Below, one piece after another: positions 12,202 to 22,735 of a DNA stretch of 64,000 nucleotides (positions are counted from its first letter, which is position 1; each line of letters opens with the position of its first letter). The notes under the pieces were generated by a model. That model was not told the DNA's origin. It was given only the letters and a program-made list of their open reading frames with translations, and ran no database searches. Both the position numbers and the translations under genes were made by a program. Origin of the DNA: Hemiscyllium ocellatum. Its lineage: Eukaryota. The stretch is from assembly GCF_020745735.1 (NCBI RefSeq), contig NC_083436.1, positions 30,837,299 to 30,901,298 of the forward strand, in the 5' to 3' direction.

Positions 12202-12662
12202 ATGTTAGCGGTCGGACAGATGGAGGGGAGCCGCCAGAGCGCGTTTGTGCTGAGCAGCCCGCCCTTAGCGGCCCTGCACAGTATGACCGAGATGAAGAAC
12301 CCCTTGAATCCTTACTCTCTCCAGACGGGGCCCGGTTCAGTCACCGGCCCTTCCTCCATCTCATCGTCTCCTAGCCCGGCGGGGATTATCAGCGCGGCCG
12401 CTTCCACGGGGCTCAAGTCGACCTCCAGCCTGCCCGGTTTCCTGGCCCAGCAGCTCTCGTCCACCACCCCCCACGGGATTAACGACATCCTGAGCCGGCC
12501 GGCGATGCTCCCGGGCGGAGGTGGAGGCGGTGGGAGCGCTGGAGGTGGTGGAGGTGGTGGTGGTGGTGGAGGAGGCGGGGTCGCCTCTGCCCTGCTCTCG
12601 GGAATCCCTCGTTTCAACGCCAGTCTCAGTCCCCCTCCCCCGGGGATGTATTTCAGCCCGGG

Positions 12663-12693
<31 letters not shown>

Positions 12694-12814
12694 GCGGCGG
12701 CGGTCGCTCGTTATCCCAAACCGTTAGCTGAGCTGCCCGGCAGGACCCCCATCTTCTGGCCGGGAGTGATGCAGAGTCCACCTTGGAGAGATGCCCGGCT
12801 AGGCTGCTCCCCGC
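12202..12814 (+). CDS. NKX6-1: NK6 homeobox 1, coding exon 1 (N-terminus, eh1/NK decapeptide [11 protein letters not shown], poly-Gly and poly-Ala tracts)
   Basis: ATG at 12202 gives [32 protein letters not shown]...[35 protein letters not shown], which matches the vertebrate NKX6-1 N-terminus. Donor GTAAGT at 12815; 613 nt, phase 1. Confidence 0.97.
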
Positions 12815-13281
12815 GTAAGTACAAACCCTCATATTCCCCCCTTCACCTGCCCCTGAAACAGCAATTATTCATCTTCCTCACAGGTTTCCTTCCTTCTTTC
12901 TGTGTTTTTTTATGTAAACATCATCATTTTTAAAATGCATTACTCTGATCAACACCATGCGTGATAATTCCTTGTATTTCTGATATTAAAATAAATAGCA
13001 CGAGTCAAACAAATAGTATCCAATTATCAATAACTGACTATTGCATGTATTTAACTATAGTACCATTTGCTCTTAGTAAGCATTCATTTCTGAGGAACTG
13101 TTGATTCGGCCAGTTGATCTAAACTTCTGTCATATTGAGCCAATATTAATTGTTCAGCTGTATTATTCCGTCACCTTCCTCTCATTCTGACCAATCCATC
13201 TGTAATCCCTCTTCCACATTTCCCTCTGAAATAAACAAGCAGCATTTGTTGTTTGACACGCCGCTTGCTGTCTCCTTTCAG

Positions 13282-13454
13282 ATCAGAGCGCCATGCTGAT
13301 CGATAAAGACGGGAAGAGAAAGCACACCCGACCCACCTTCTCCGGCCAACAAATTTTCGCGTTGGAGAAAACTTTCGAGCAAACGAAATATTTAGCCGGA
13401 CCCGAGAGGGCGAGACTGGCGTACTCACTGGGAATGACTGAGAGTCAAGTCAAG
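13282..13454 (+). CDS. NKX6-1: NK6 homeobox 1, coding exon 2 (homeodomain helices 1-2 and start of helix 3)
   Basis: Acceptor tctcctttcAG ends at 13281, and C+AT restores His. Encodes [58 protein letters not shown]. Donor GTAGGG at 13455; 173 nt. Confidence 0.98.
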
Positions 13455-14740
13455 GTAGGGTTGCTTGACAGATGCGTGTTATCACAAACACAGCACAGAT
13501 GAAGATAGGTCAAAGGCGGGCGATTTTCACAAACCCAAATCTGATCGAGCAAAATTAGGAGACTTATATTCTTGAAAAAAATGTGAAAATTAAAATCGAA
13601 ATAAGATAATTACAGTAAAACTTTAATAAGCGTGCCGACCCAAACTGCTGCTTTTTGATGTGAGCGACTGATTCCTAATCAGTGCTAGTTTCAACTCACA
13701 GAAACATCTTAATTTAGCATCCACTGTTCCACCGAAGATTGTGTTTCAAAGTCACATTTGCAGAACCCATGTTTAGCATTTGTAGCCCGCACCTTGTCTT
13801 TTACCCTTCGATGTCTTTTAACCCCTCCGTTTGATTTGTTTTTTATTGGCGACCAGCGGTCGGTGGCAGCGTCTGATCTAAGAGGTTATTCATTGGAGAT
13901 ATATATTTCCCCCGCTTTGCGATTTGGAGCGCACTCGATTTTTTTTTGCCAAGCGATTGTAGTCCTTTCAGGCACGACCACGACAATCAAAGAAAAGTTG
14001 ACAACCGCATAAATAAAATATTTCTATCATTAAAACAAATCAGAGAAGGGCTAAGCACATTTATTGTGTTAATCATTTGTGGGGTAATTATTAATGGAAC
14101 ATTGCAAATTGTAATGTATTTGTTTTTAAAGGAAAGAAGCTCTTAATATAGGGATATAAGTAATTTACATTTATGAGCTCTTAGATAAAGATCAAAACTG
14201 TCAAAGGACTTAATTTATCTCAGTACGCTGTATAAATGGGCTTGTGTGTGTGACAGAGAACCAGTTTAAATGGCGCATGGTCAACAATCTAAAACCTACA
14301 TAATTATTCTTGCTAAGGATTTCAATATTTAAAACCCTCATCCAAACCGTGCTTTCTCTGCGAAACGCAACTAAAATTAATACTGTCACTCTACGCTCAC
14401 ACGAAGTGTAACACGCCTAAGTGGTTCCATAACTCTGAAAACTAACGGTAGCAGCGCAGCTCTCAGGTGAAGGAATTACTCTGCGCCAGGACTCTCTCAG
14501 TCTTGAGTCCTTACACAAGTGTCATTCCAGCTCGGTCAAAATTGCCATCTTCAATCTGCAGACCAAAGTATAACGGATGCAGGTTTCTGACGTGTGCATT
14601 CGAGGGGGGGTGGGGGGAACTGACTGCTCAGAGTTTTCACAGGGACTGTAAATCATCCTCTCTGTGTGTGTGAGAGAGAGATTCTTTGTAAACGCATTTT
14701 CTCTAAGTGCTGGCATTAACTTGTGCTCCTTTCGATTCAG

Positions 14741-14983
14741 GTCTGGTTCCAAAACAGACGGACGAAGTGGAGAAAGAAACACGCCGCGGAAATGGCCACA
14801 GCCAAAAAGAAGCAGGACTCGGAGACTGAGAGACTGAAGGGCACCTCGGAAAACGAGGATGACGATGATGAATACAACAAGCCGCTGGATCCCAATTCGG
14901 ACGACGAAAAAATCTCCCAGTTGCTGAAGAAACACAAACCCAACACATTGCACGTCCTTACCAGTGAAAACGAAAGCTCATAG
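14741..14983 (+). CDS. NKX6-1: NK6 homeobox 1, coding exon 3 (helix 3 WFQNRR, acidic C-terminal domain, stop)
   Basis: Acceptor ttcgattcAG ends at 14740. Encodes [34 protein letters not shown]...[22 protein letters not shown]; TAG at 14981-14983. Spliced CDS is 1029 nt = 342 aa. [16 protein letters not shown] fits NKX6-1 better than NKX6-2 or NKX6-3. Confidence 0.98.
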   Translation, partial: VWFQNRRTKWRKKHAAEMATAKKKQDSETERLKGTSENEDDDDEYNKPLDPNSDDEKISQLLKKHKPNTLHVLTSENESS

Positions 14984-15513
14984 GGAGAATCCGGGGCTTT
15001 TATATTCCTAATCCTGCGGAAACTAGCACTAAACTATCTATTTACCACTTCTCTGTACATTTTCAGAGATGTATATATTTTTATATATAAGTTATGGGAA
15101 GATTTGATGAGCGGTCGAAGCACTAATTTCCACCCGCCTCGCCTCTTGAAGGACATTTGAGCCTCCAATCTCGAACATTTTTACACTGAGATGGGCACAG
15201 AAATATATTCCGCTCAGAGACTGAGAGTCCTAATTGTGGCGAGTGAGGAGCTCCGCTACATGTAAATAGCCCATGTATTAAATGCCGAACAGAAAGAAAA
15301 AAAAACTGTGAATATTTATGTGTAAAATACATTTTGTATGAGAACAGATCCGTTTAAAATTAGCATTGGGCTTTGGTTTCTAATGTATAGATTTAGTTTC
15401 ATTTCTTCGTGTTTTGGAATCTTGTGGAGTCTGAATGCCAAGTCTCGTCAGAATTTGTGTTTGTGACTTTAAAACAAAAAAAAGTACGGTGTCTTTTTAA
15501 TTCGTTAGCGTTT

Positions 15514-15519
15514 AATAAA
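15514..15519 (+). terminator. Candidate NKX6-1 polyadenylation signal
   Basis: First AATAAA after the stop codon, followed by GT/T-rich sequence. Alternatives are ATTAAA at 15277 and AATAAA at 15616. Confidence 0.5.
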
Positions 15520-18500
15520 TTATATTGTAATTCCAATTAGTGACCATCTGGGTGTAGGCTGTTTTAGGAAAGTTTTATGGCCTCTCTACCTGAATCTCTG
15601 AGTCGACTCCGGGAGAATAAACACTTGCCCTAGATTCTCACACAGATATGTTAAAATTATTTTTAAACTTGCGGTGATGTTGTGGCTTGGATTTCCCCTG
15701 ACCTCTCTCTTGAGATATGATGTTTAGTTGTCTTTTGAGAAAAAAAATATTTTTCATGAATAGTGTTAAAACTATTCCCTAAAAATCTCCCCGGGTCTCC
15801 ACATAACGCCCCCCCACTCCTCCAACAAAACAGTCTCCGCTTGGACCTACTTAGGAAAATTGGCCGCTTGGACCTGAGGCAATTTTTTGGATGATTTCTG
15901 CATTGAGGTCGTGCACTTTGTAAGGACTAAGTCTGGCGACGGGTCATTAACATTTCGAGCGGTTCCCCTTTGTGGGTGAAATGGACATTTGATTCAGTTT
16001 TGCCTTTCTACGCTCGACTGTGCTGTGGGCTAACACGTCGGAGCAGAGCAAAGAAAGAGACACGTTTGTGGTTCAATTCTTGAGGTTCAAGTGAATATCC
16101 CTCCCGGTATTCGAGAGTTATTTGTTTCCAGGTCTAAAGGCATCTGCCGAGCGATCCCGGAAAACGGGTTAAGAGTAATTACAGAGGGGATCGGACGATA
16201 TAATTTATTACCATTACAAGGACATTTTTTTTCTCTCTCTCTGAAGAAGTAACCTGCTTTTGTGTGTGTGTGGGTGTGTGTGTGTACTTCAGTAATTACC
16301 ATGAGAACGAAGAGAGCCTTTTGTGTTTGTTGAGACCGGCCGTTGAAATGGCGTTTACTTTTAATGAGAAAATCCAACGTCTCCGCAGTCTTCCCCGTTC
16401 ACGCTATTGGAGCTGTGACAGAACATTAATAAAGGGTGGGATGTGTTGGGGAGAGAGGGGAGGTGGTGTGCTGTCATGGTTTTGGCGACGAGAACCGGTC
16501 TAGAAAAATAACGGGCATCCCATAATATGCTGATGGGACGATGTCAGACTTCAGAGGGAAATAGTGTGGAGTTTGGAGGCGGTTATATGAATTAAACAGT
16601 GAATAAAACTCCATTCAGAATCGCAGCTTCCTCTGTTAATTTTTTGGGGGGGAGGGGAAAGAGATTGGGAGCTTCAATTAGACGGTGTTAATGAAACTGT
16701 ACAGATGGGGAGCAAAATCCGTTCATTTTATGAACGAACAAAACAGACATCAGATTGCAGTAATATTTGGGAAGTGAGAGGAGTTATGTAAAATGGGGGA
16801 CTAAGGCAGTTAGTTCAGAATTTCAGAATGACCGCAAGTGATTTAATCCATCTTGACATTTGATTTCATTATTTTCTTTAAAAAACGATGCTTTGTTTTA
16901 CAGAAGGAAAGGTCATCACAGAAAGGATAGGAGGATAAAATAAATAGGGGAACGTGACAGGGTCAGAGGACAAGAGATAGCAGTGATATAAATTAGTGTT
17001 CTGTGACAATTGGACAATTATAAAATTATAAAACGGCTGTTTCCTCAGTGCAGATGGAGTTAAATCTTCTTTCGTATTTATTTCGAGAGATCGAGTGCAT
17101 TGGCAAAATGAACGACTGGGTAACTAATAGTTGTAATAACTAATTCAGAATATCTGGTGAATGGACAGGGTATAGACATGAGTACCGCTGATTGAAAAAG
17201 GAGCCCCGCCGACAGTAATTACAAAGGGCGGCGTTATTTCAGAAGTATCATCGGAAAAATAACATCGAAGGGGCAATTCAAAGAGATCTCTAGTTATACT
17301 GCCGTGGGGCAGGACAACCCACCCTGAATTTGTGTTGCTCTTCATTCGATTAGAGTTTTTTTTTTGTTCTTTTGCTGAACAAGTTTCAGTTTGTTAAGTG
17401 TGTTCTCTCGCGTGAATGCAAACCTGCCAATGAAGTTGGTTTGGGCACGCTGCTTTAAAACCGACGTTAGGTATCTGACAATATTGTACTCTCCGGCGGA
17501 GGTGCTGAATTATACAGGACAATTTTACAGGAGATTTGTACAAGGGACCGGCCTCTCATTGAGACCGTTTGTGACGATTCTAATTATGAATTCGGTAGGA
17601 GATTAATACCCGAGACTGCGCCTTGTGACTGAAACTGTTTCTAATCTGAAACATTTGCCATCATCTTAGTTCCCATTTGATTTTTATTTTGTTCAGTAGA
17701 ATACCGAAGAACTTTATGTTCCTCTGCAAACGACTTGATTGAGCGCCTTCGAATGAACTCTGCAAGAAATAAACCCCCAAGTCGTTGCTCTCCGTCACCA
17801 ACGACTGACATTTATATAGAGCCTAAAACGTCCTGAGACGCTGTGCGGGAGGGTAACAATAAATTCACACGGGGCCATACAGAGAAGATTTTCAGGGGTG
17901 CAGGGGCGACAGATCTTAGTGCTGGACTGCAGCGTGACAAATATACCAAATATACCATCACCCCTCAGCTTCCAGGCTGAAGATTGGAGACAGCGGTTTA
18001 TTAAACGTATGACATTGTCTTGACCATGACCACTCCCCCCCCCCCCCCCCCCCCCCTCTCCCGCCCGAGGAATATCAAACCCCCTTCTGATGTCAAAGCC
18101 CACTTGAATCATAAATACCTTGGGGATCCCAGTGAAGTCCAGGACTCATTGACAAACTGTAGGAGTGCACACGGTGAGACCTGCAGCACACTGAAAGCGA
18201 GGTGAACCCGGATCAAGTGGACTCCTGTTACTGTAGCCAAGCCGAGATGAGCAGAAGGAGGTGACACACTTTGAGGGCTACCGCTCTTTCAAGAGATTGA
18301 GTAAAATTAAGGATCATTCCAAAACAGTAAAGTGTATTGGCTTAGGGCTTGATAAGTTGTGATGCTCAATCTGCCTAAAGTCAGCGAAATGATATGTTAT
18401 TTAAAAGTTAAAACAAAATAAACTTTGTTTTGAACAAAATTGTTGAGGCATTTTAAATTCCAGGTGCCCCTCCCCCCATTGATAGGTACAAGAAGTGATC

Positions 18501-19162
18501 ACTAGCGTTTTTGCTGGGCCGCTGGTATTTCTCTTAAAAGGGATTGATGACCCGAGCACAGGAGTTTTCCCTGGCTTCAGACATGAATATCTCACAAAAG
18601 GCGCAGGCCACTTCCCACTGGGTCCCACATTAGCGCCATTCAGGGTATTCAGATCGAGATCAGGCGCCAGCAGAGGATGCTGTTCCTTATTGACGGCCCG
18701 CAGACTTTAAAACCTGCTTCACAGACGGCGACTGCACAAGTCGACAGCTTTGTATTGATCAAGAGAAAGGTCCGGATTGCTCAGATCGTTTTCCAATAAC
18801 CATGTTCATTACATGCTAATTTGGGTCAATAGCCCAGGAGTTTGTGTGTGGCCCTCGCTAGGCGAAGCAAAGCTTGGGAAATAATGTGACCAGCCGCTTC
18901 CTCGACTTTGCAGCTGAAGTTAACGGCGATAACAGAGCGCAGGGCTCTGACACCCAGTACCGTGAGGTACTCAGCCGGACATCGGAACGAAAGCTCGGAA
19001 ATGTGCTCCCCAACTAAGCAAACAGCTCCCACATCCCGTTAAAACTGGATTCAACACAGCAAGGAATCACAAAAATGAAGCCAAGAGCGGAATTGTCTCT
19101 GATAAAACAAAATCCCTTCCGTTGACAATATTTCATTATTATTCAATATAACATTCTGCTGG

Positions 19163-19278
19163 GGAGCCTCTTGTGGCACAGAGGTAGTGTCCCTATTTCT
19201 GAGCCAGGAGGCCGAAGTTCAGGTCCCATCAGAGTAACAGAAGTGTGTAATAACATCCCTGAACAGGTTGATTAGAAA
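19163..19278 (+). mobile_element. Short tRNA-derived SINE-like repeat
   Basis: CTTGTGGCACAG.GGTAGTGTCCCTA...GTTCAGGTCCC; related copy at about 49343-49465. Confidence 0.55.
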
Positions 19279-19704
19279 AGATCTGCTGTCATTTACAAAC
19301 GTGAAGGAAAACTTGAACCCCGCTCACCATTCATTACCTTCTAAACGCCTCTCTCTAACTATCCCATCACCGCATTTGGATGGATTTGCCGTTTGGCAAA
19401 TACCAGTTCATAATTTAGTTTCCCGTCACAGGACGGCGTCATTGGGCACTTTCCCTGACCAGCAACACCACCCACACCCTCCCCCACAAACCGTGGGTCG
19501 ATAGACATGAATACTGACTGACCAATGCTCTGAAATGTCCTTCCCTCCCCATTCAATCCGGGTTAGAAAGCAGGATTGCAACGCTCCCTGCTCTGATTTT
19601 AAACTGTCTTTCCATGCGATTTAGGAATTTCGGGCTCGTGGGCACATTTCCTGTGGTATCCAATGGGGCCTGGCAAAACATCTCTGGGTATTGCCTACCA
19701 TCAT

Positions 19705-19713
19705 TGGGTGGTC
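19705..19713 (-). promoter_or_regulatory. Consensus GLI binding site
   Basis: TGGGTGGTC is the reverse complement of GACCACCCA and lies in non-repeat DNA. Function untested. Confidence 0.4.
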
Positions 19714-20698
19714 GTAAAGCTGCCTTGAAGTGGAACCACAAATTTAGCGCGAAGCCTGACCCAGGCAGTTTCCAAGAGGTTCAAAACTGAACCTATTCTG
19801 AGGATAGTTTGGAAGATTACGTCAAAGTAACTTAATGACATAATGACACAGGTTTAGAGACGTCTGTTCCCGATGAAACTCCTTTGAGGATATTACATGC
19901 AGAGTATCACATGGGTACTGAAATTACCACTGTCTTTCTTTGAATTGGGCCTTTTATATCACTGGAATTCAGTAGAAAAATATTGAGGACTTATAGGAAT
20001 TTTTTTACTGGGTAGAATTTTTTTTAAAATCTTAATTCAAAATGATTTATTTCTTCAAAAAATACTTCGGTACCTATGATTCAGTGAAAAGTTGTAAAAT
20101 ATATGTTGGTGTGCAAAGTATGCAGTCAACAACGTGTTTCATTAGAATTAGATGCAGAAGTAGGCCATTCGGCCCTGACACCACCATTCCGTTCCATGCA
20201 GCATCTTTTTTAAATTCCACATTCCAATCCACCTGCACAAGATTTGATTTCATTGCCAAATAAGAACTTACCTTTATAAAATTTTAAATGACTCGCCTCC
20301 ATCCTTCTGTGTCTCCTGAGGTCCCAGTAACTCGCCAACTCTGAAGAACTTAGTCATGTTTACTTTCTCTCCGCTCACCGCTTCCCCACCCTCCTACATG
20401 CTGACTCTCCCGCTGCCCCACCCCCCCCCACCCCACCCCTCGCTGGCTCACTGCCCTCCTCCCGCTGGCGTCTTGAGAACGCCTTGCTGTGATAATGGTT
20501 GGGGTGAGACAGAGGGAGCAAAGTGAATGGAACGGTTGGAGATAAGAGAGAGAGAGGCGCGAGGGATGACGAGCTGGAAAGGCAAGTGCTCGCCATAAGT
20601 AGGAGGAGAAAGTGAGGGCTGCAGATGCTGGAATCAGAGCTGAAAATGTGTTGCTGGAAAAGCGCAGCAGGTCAGGCAGCATCCAAGGAGCAGGAGAT

Positions 20699-20730
20699 TC
20701 GACGTTTCGGGCATAAGCCCTTCTTCAGGA
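20699..20730 (-). ncRNA. Minimal hammerhead ribozyme motif (family A, opposite polarity)
   Basis: Exact reverse complement of the motif at 20732-20763. Confidence 0.75.
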
Positions 20731-20731
20731 A

Positions 20732-20763
20732 TCCTGAAGAAGGGCTTATGCCCGAAACGTCGA
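20732..20763 (+). ncRNA. Minimal hammerhead ribozyme motif (family A)
   Basis: TC-CTGAAGA-A-GGGC-ttat-GCCC-GAAA-CG-TC-GA; GUC cleavage triplet, ACGT palindrome. Confidence 0.75.
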
Positions 20764-20994
20764 ATCTCCTGCTCCTTGGATGCTGCCTGACCTGCTGCGC
20801 TTTTCCAGCAACACGTTTTCAGCTCGCCATAAGTAGCCCGATAATGTATAGCGAGTACCACTGACACCGCAGGCGAATCCTCCGCTCAGTGTATTCTTAG
20901 AAAGATGGTACCTCCAATACTTTTGCATTCCCTCAGTGCTGCACTGAAATATCAGCCGAACTAATGCAGATCACAACTTTTTAAAAAACAGTTG

Positions 20995-21262
20995 TTAGAT
21001 TAGATACTGGCCCTTCGGCCCAACACCGACCGTCCGAAGAGTAACCCACCCAGACCCATTCCCCTCTGACTAATGCACCTATCACTATGGTCAATTTAAC
21101 ATGGCCAATTCACCTAACCTGCACGTCTTTGGACTGTGGGAAGAAACCAGAGCACACCCATGCAGTCACGGGGAGAATGTACAAACTCCACACCCACGGT
21201 TGGAATTAGAAAGTGGGACCCTGGTGCTGTGAGGTAGAGTGCTAACCAATGAGCCACCTTGC
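20995..21262 (-). mobile_element. HE1-like V-SINE (duplication copy 1)
   Basis: Reverse complement of the SINE consensus seen at 7450-7766. Confidence 0.85.
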
Positions 21263-22467
21263 TCTAGAGTTTTACAACACACTGGCTCCACCCTACCTGG
21301 ACATAGCCTTCTATTCTAGTGAAAGTCATAGAACAAATCTATATTGCAAGGCAAAAGTAACTTGATTAATGTTGATGAGTGAATGGATCAGTTATGAAAA
21401 AAAATAGGAAAAAACTGTATAATTGAGTTCTCTCGAATATTAATTACATCATGTTTATAAAGATAGCCAAAATATTACAATTGAACAAGGTCAGATGTGA
21501 AATTTAAATTTGCTGTATATATTAGAGCATGTTTTGTAATTAAAGAATGATAGCTATTTAAATAATCTGTTGTGAAGGTTAATTGAGTCAAGCATTTTTA
21601 GGGATACTCAAAATGCAGTTAATATGCACAAAACAATAGTAATAGAAGAATAATTCCAATATTTTTCATGCCCTTGATTTTTTTTTGTATCTTCATGAAT
21701 AAAAGGTGAGATAAAGAGAGAGAAAAAGATGGAACATTCAAAAATATTTAACTTCTACTTGTTAGCTCAGAAATTATTTCAGCTACAAAACCAAAGCAAT
21801 TTGCATTTGTGCCATTTAAATCTGGTTAAAATATAAAAAAAAGTTTAAGAATGCTTCACAATAGAAATAGATGCCAATGTATGGAGAGAGGAAGTCAAAG
21901 TGACAAAACAAATGAATTTAAGTTTTGAAAATTGAAGGAAGAGATAGAGGGACAAAAGGATTCAGGCACAGTGAAGCATAACTAGTTGGAACTGTTTTTA
22001 CTAGTTCTTATACAAGATTTGAATTTCCAATAGACTATCAATGCTATCGTCATACAGCAGCAACATTAAAAATAATTGTGCACAAGTAGAGACATAGGAA
22101 CAAGGGTATACAGTTTAACCTTTTGAGTGTGATCTACCGTTCAGTGAGATCATGGCTAATCTGTGACCTAACCCCGTACAACCATCCTTACCCAAATCCC
22201 TTAATACCTTTGCCTAACAAAAAAAAATCCATTGATCTCAAATTTAAATGAACAATTGATCGAGTATCACTTCCCATTTGTGAATTTATTTTTTGCAAAA
22301 TTAATATTGAAATTGAATCACATATATTGTTTGGGTTTATCTAACAATGCCATTCTGGCAAACGTTTTCCAATCTTTTTTAGCAGTCATCTAAAGCACTT
22401 TTTTTTTGTTTGTTTGAACTCTTTTCATGATGAATAATGCAGATCACAACTTTTTAAAAATAAGTTG

Positions 22468-22735
22468 TTAGATTAGATACAGGCCCTTCAGCCCAACACC
22501 GACCGTCCGAAGAGTAACCCACCCAGACCCATTCCCCTCTGACTAATGCACTTACCACTACGATCAATTTAACATGGCCAATTCACCTAACCTGCAAATC
22601 TTTGGACTGTGGGAGGAAACCAGAGCACACCCATGCAGATACGGGGAGAATGTACAAACTCCACACCCACGGTTGGAATTAGAAAGTGGGACCCTGGTGC
22701 TGCGAGGTAGAGTGCTAACCAATGAGCCACCTTGC
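22468..22735 (-). mobile_element. HE1-like V-SINE (duplication copy 2)
   Basis: Paralogous to 20995-21262. Confidence 0.85.

Larger units (their letters stand above)
20603..20821. mobile_element. Penelope-derived near-perfect palindrome, family A, HHR on both strands
   Basis: 15-bp TSD GCTCGCCATAAGTAG at 20588-20602 and 20822-20836. 94-bp arms at 20637-20730 and 20732-20825 with one mismatch. Confidence 0.92.
2400..20960. other. Broad CpG-retaining domain (methylation valley-like) around NKX6-1
   Basis: CG dinucleotides are frequent even in AT-rich stretches up to about 20.95 kb and visibly scarce beyond. Judged by eye, not counted. Confidence 0.65.

Noticed and set aside
12312-12617. Antisense proline-rich ORF, and antisense ORFs over exon 3
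   Set aside because: Shadow frames of the GC-rich NKX6-1 coding sequence.
12815-12933. Read-through of the exon 1 ORF (KYKPSYSP...)
   Set aside because: It lies after a consensus GTAAGT donor and homology stops there, so it is intron 1.
20625-20867. Near-identical ORFs on both strands (CCWKSAAGQAAS...)
   Set aside because: An artefact of the palindromic Penelope terminus, with no evidence of a protein.
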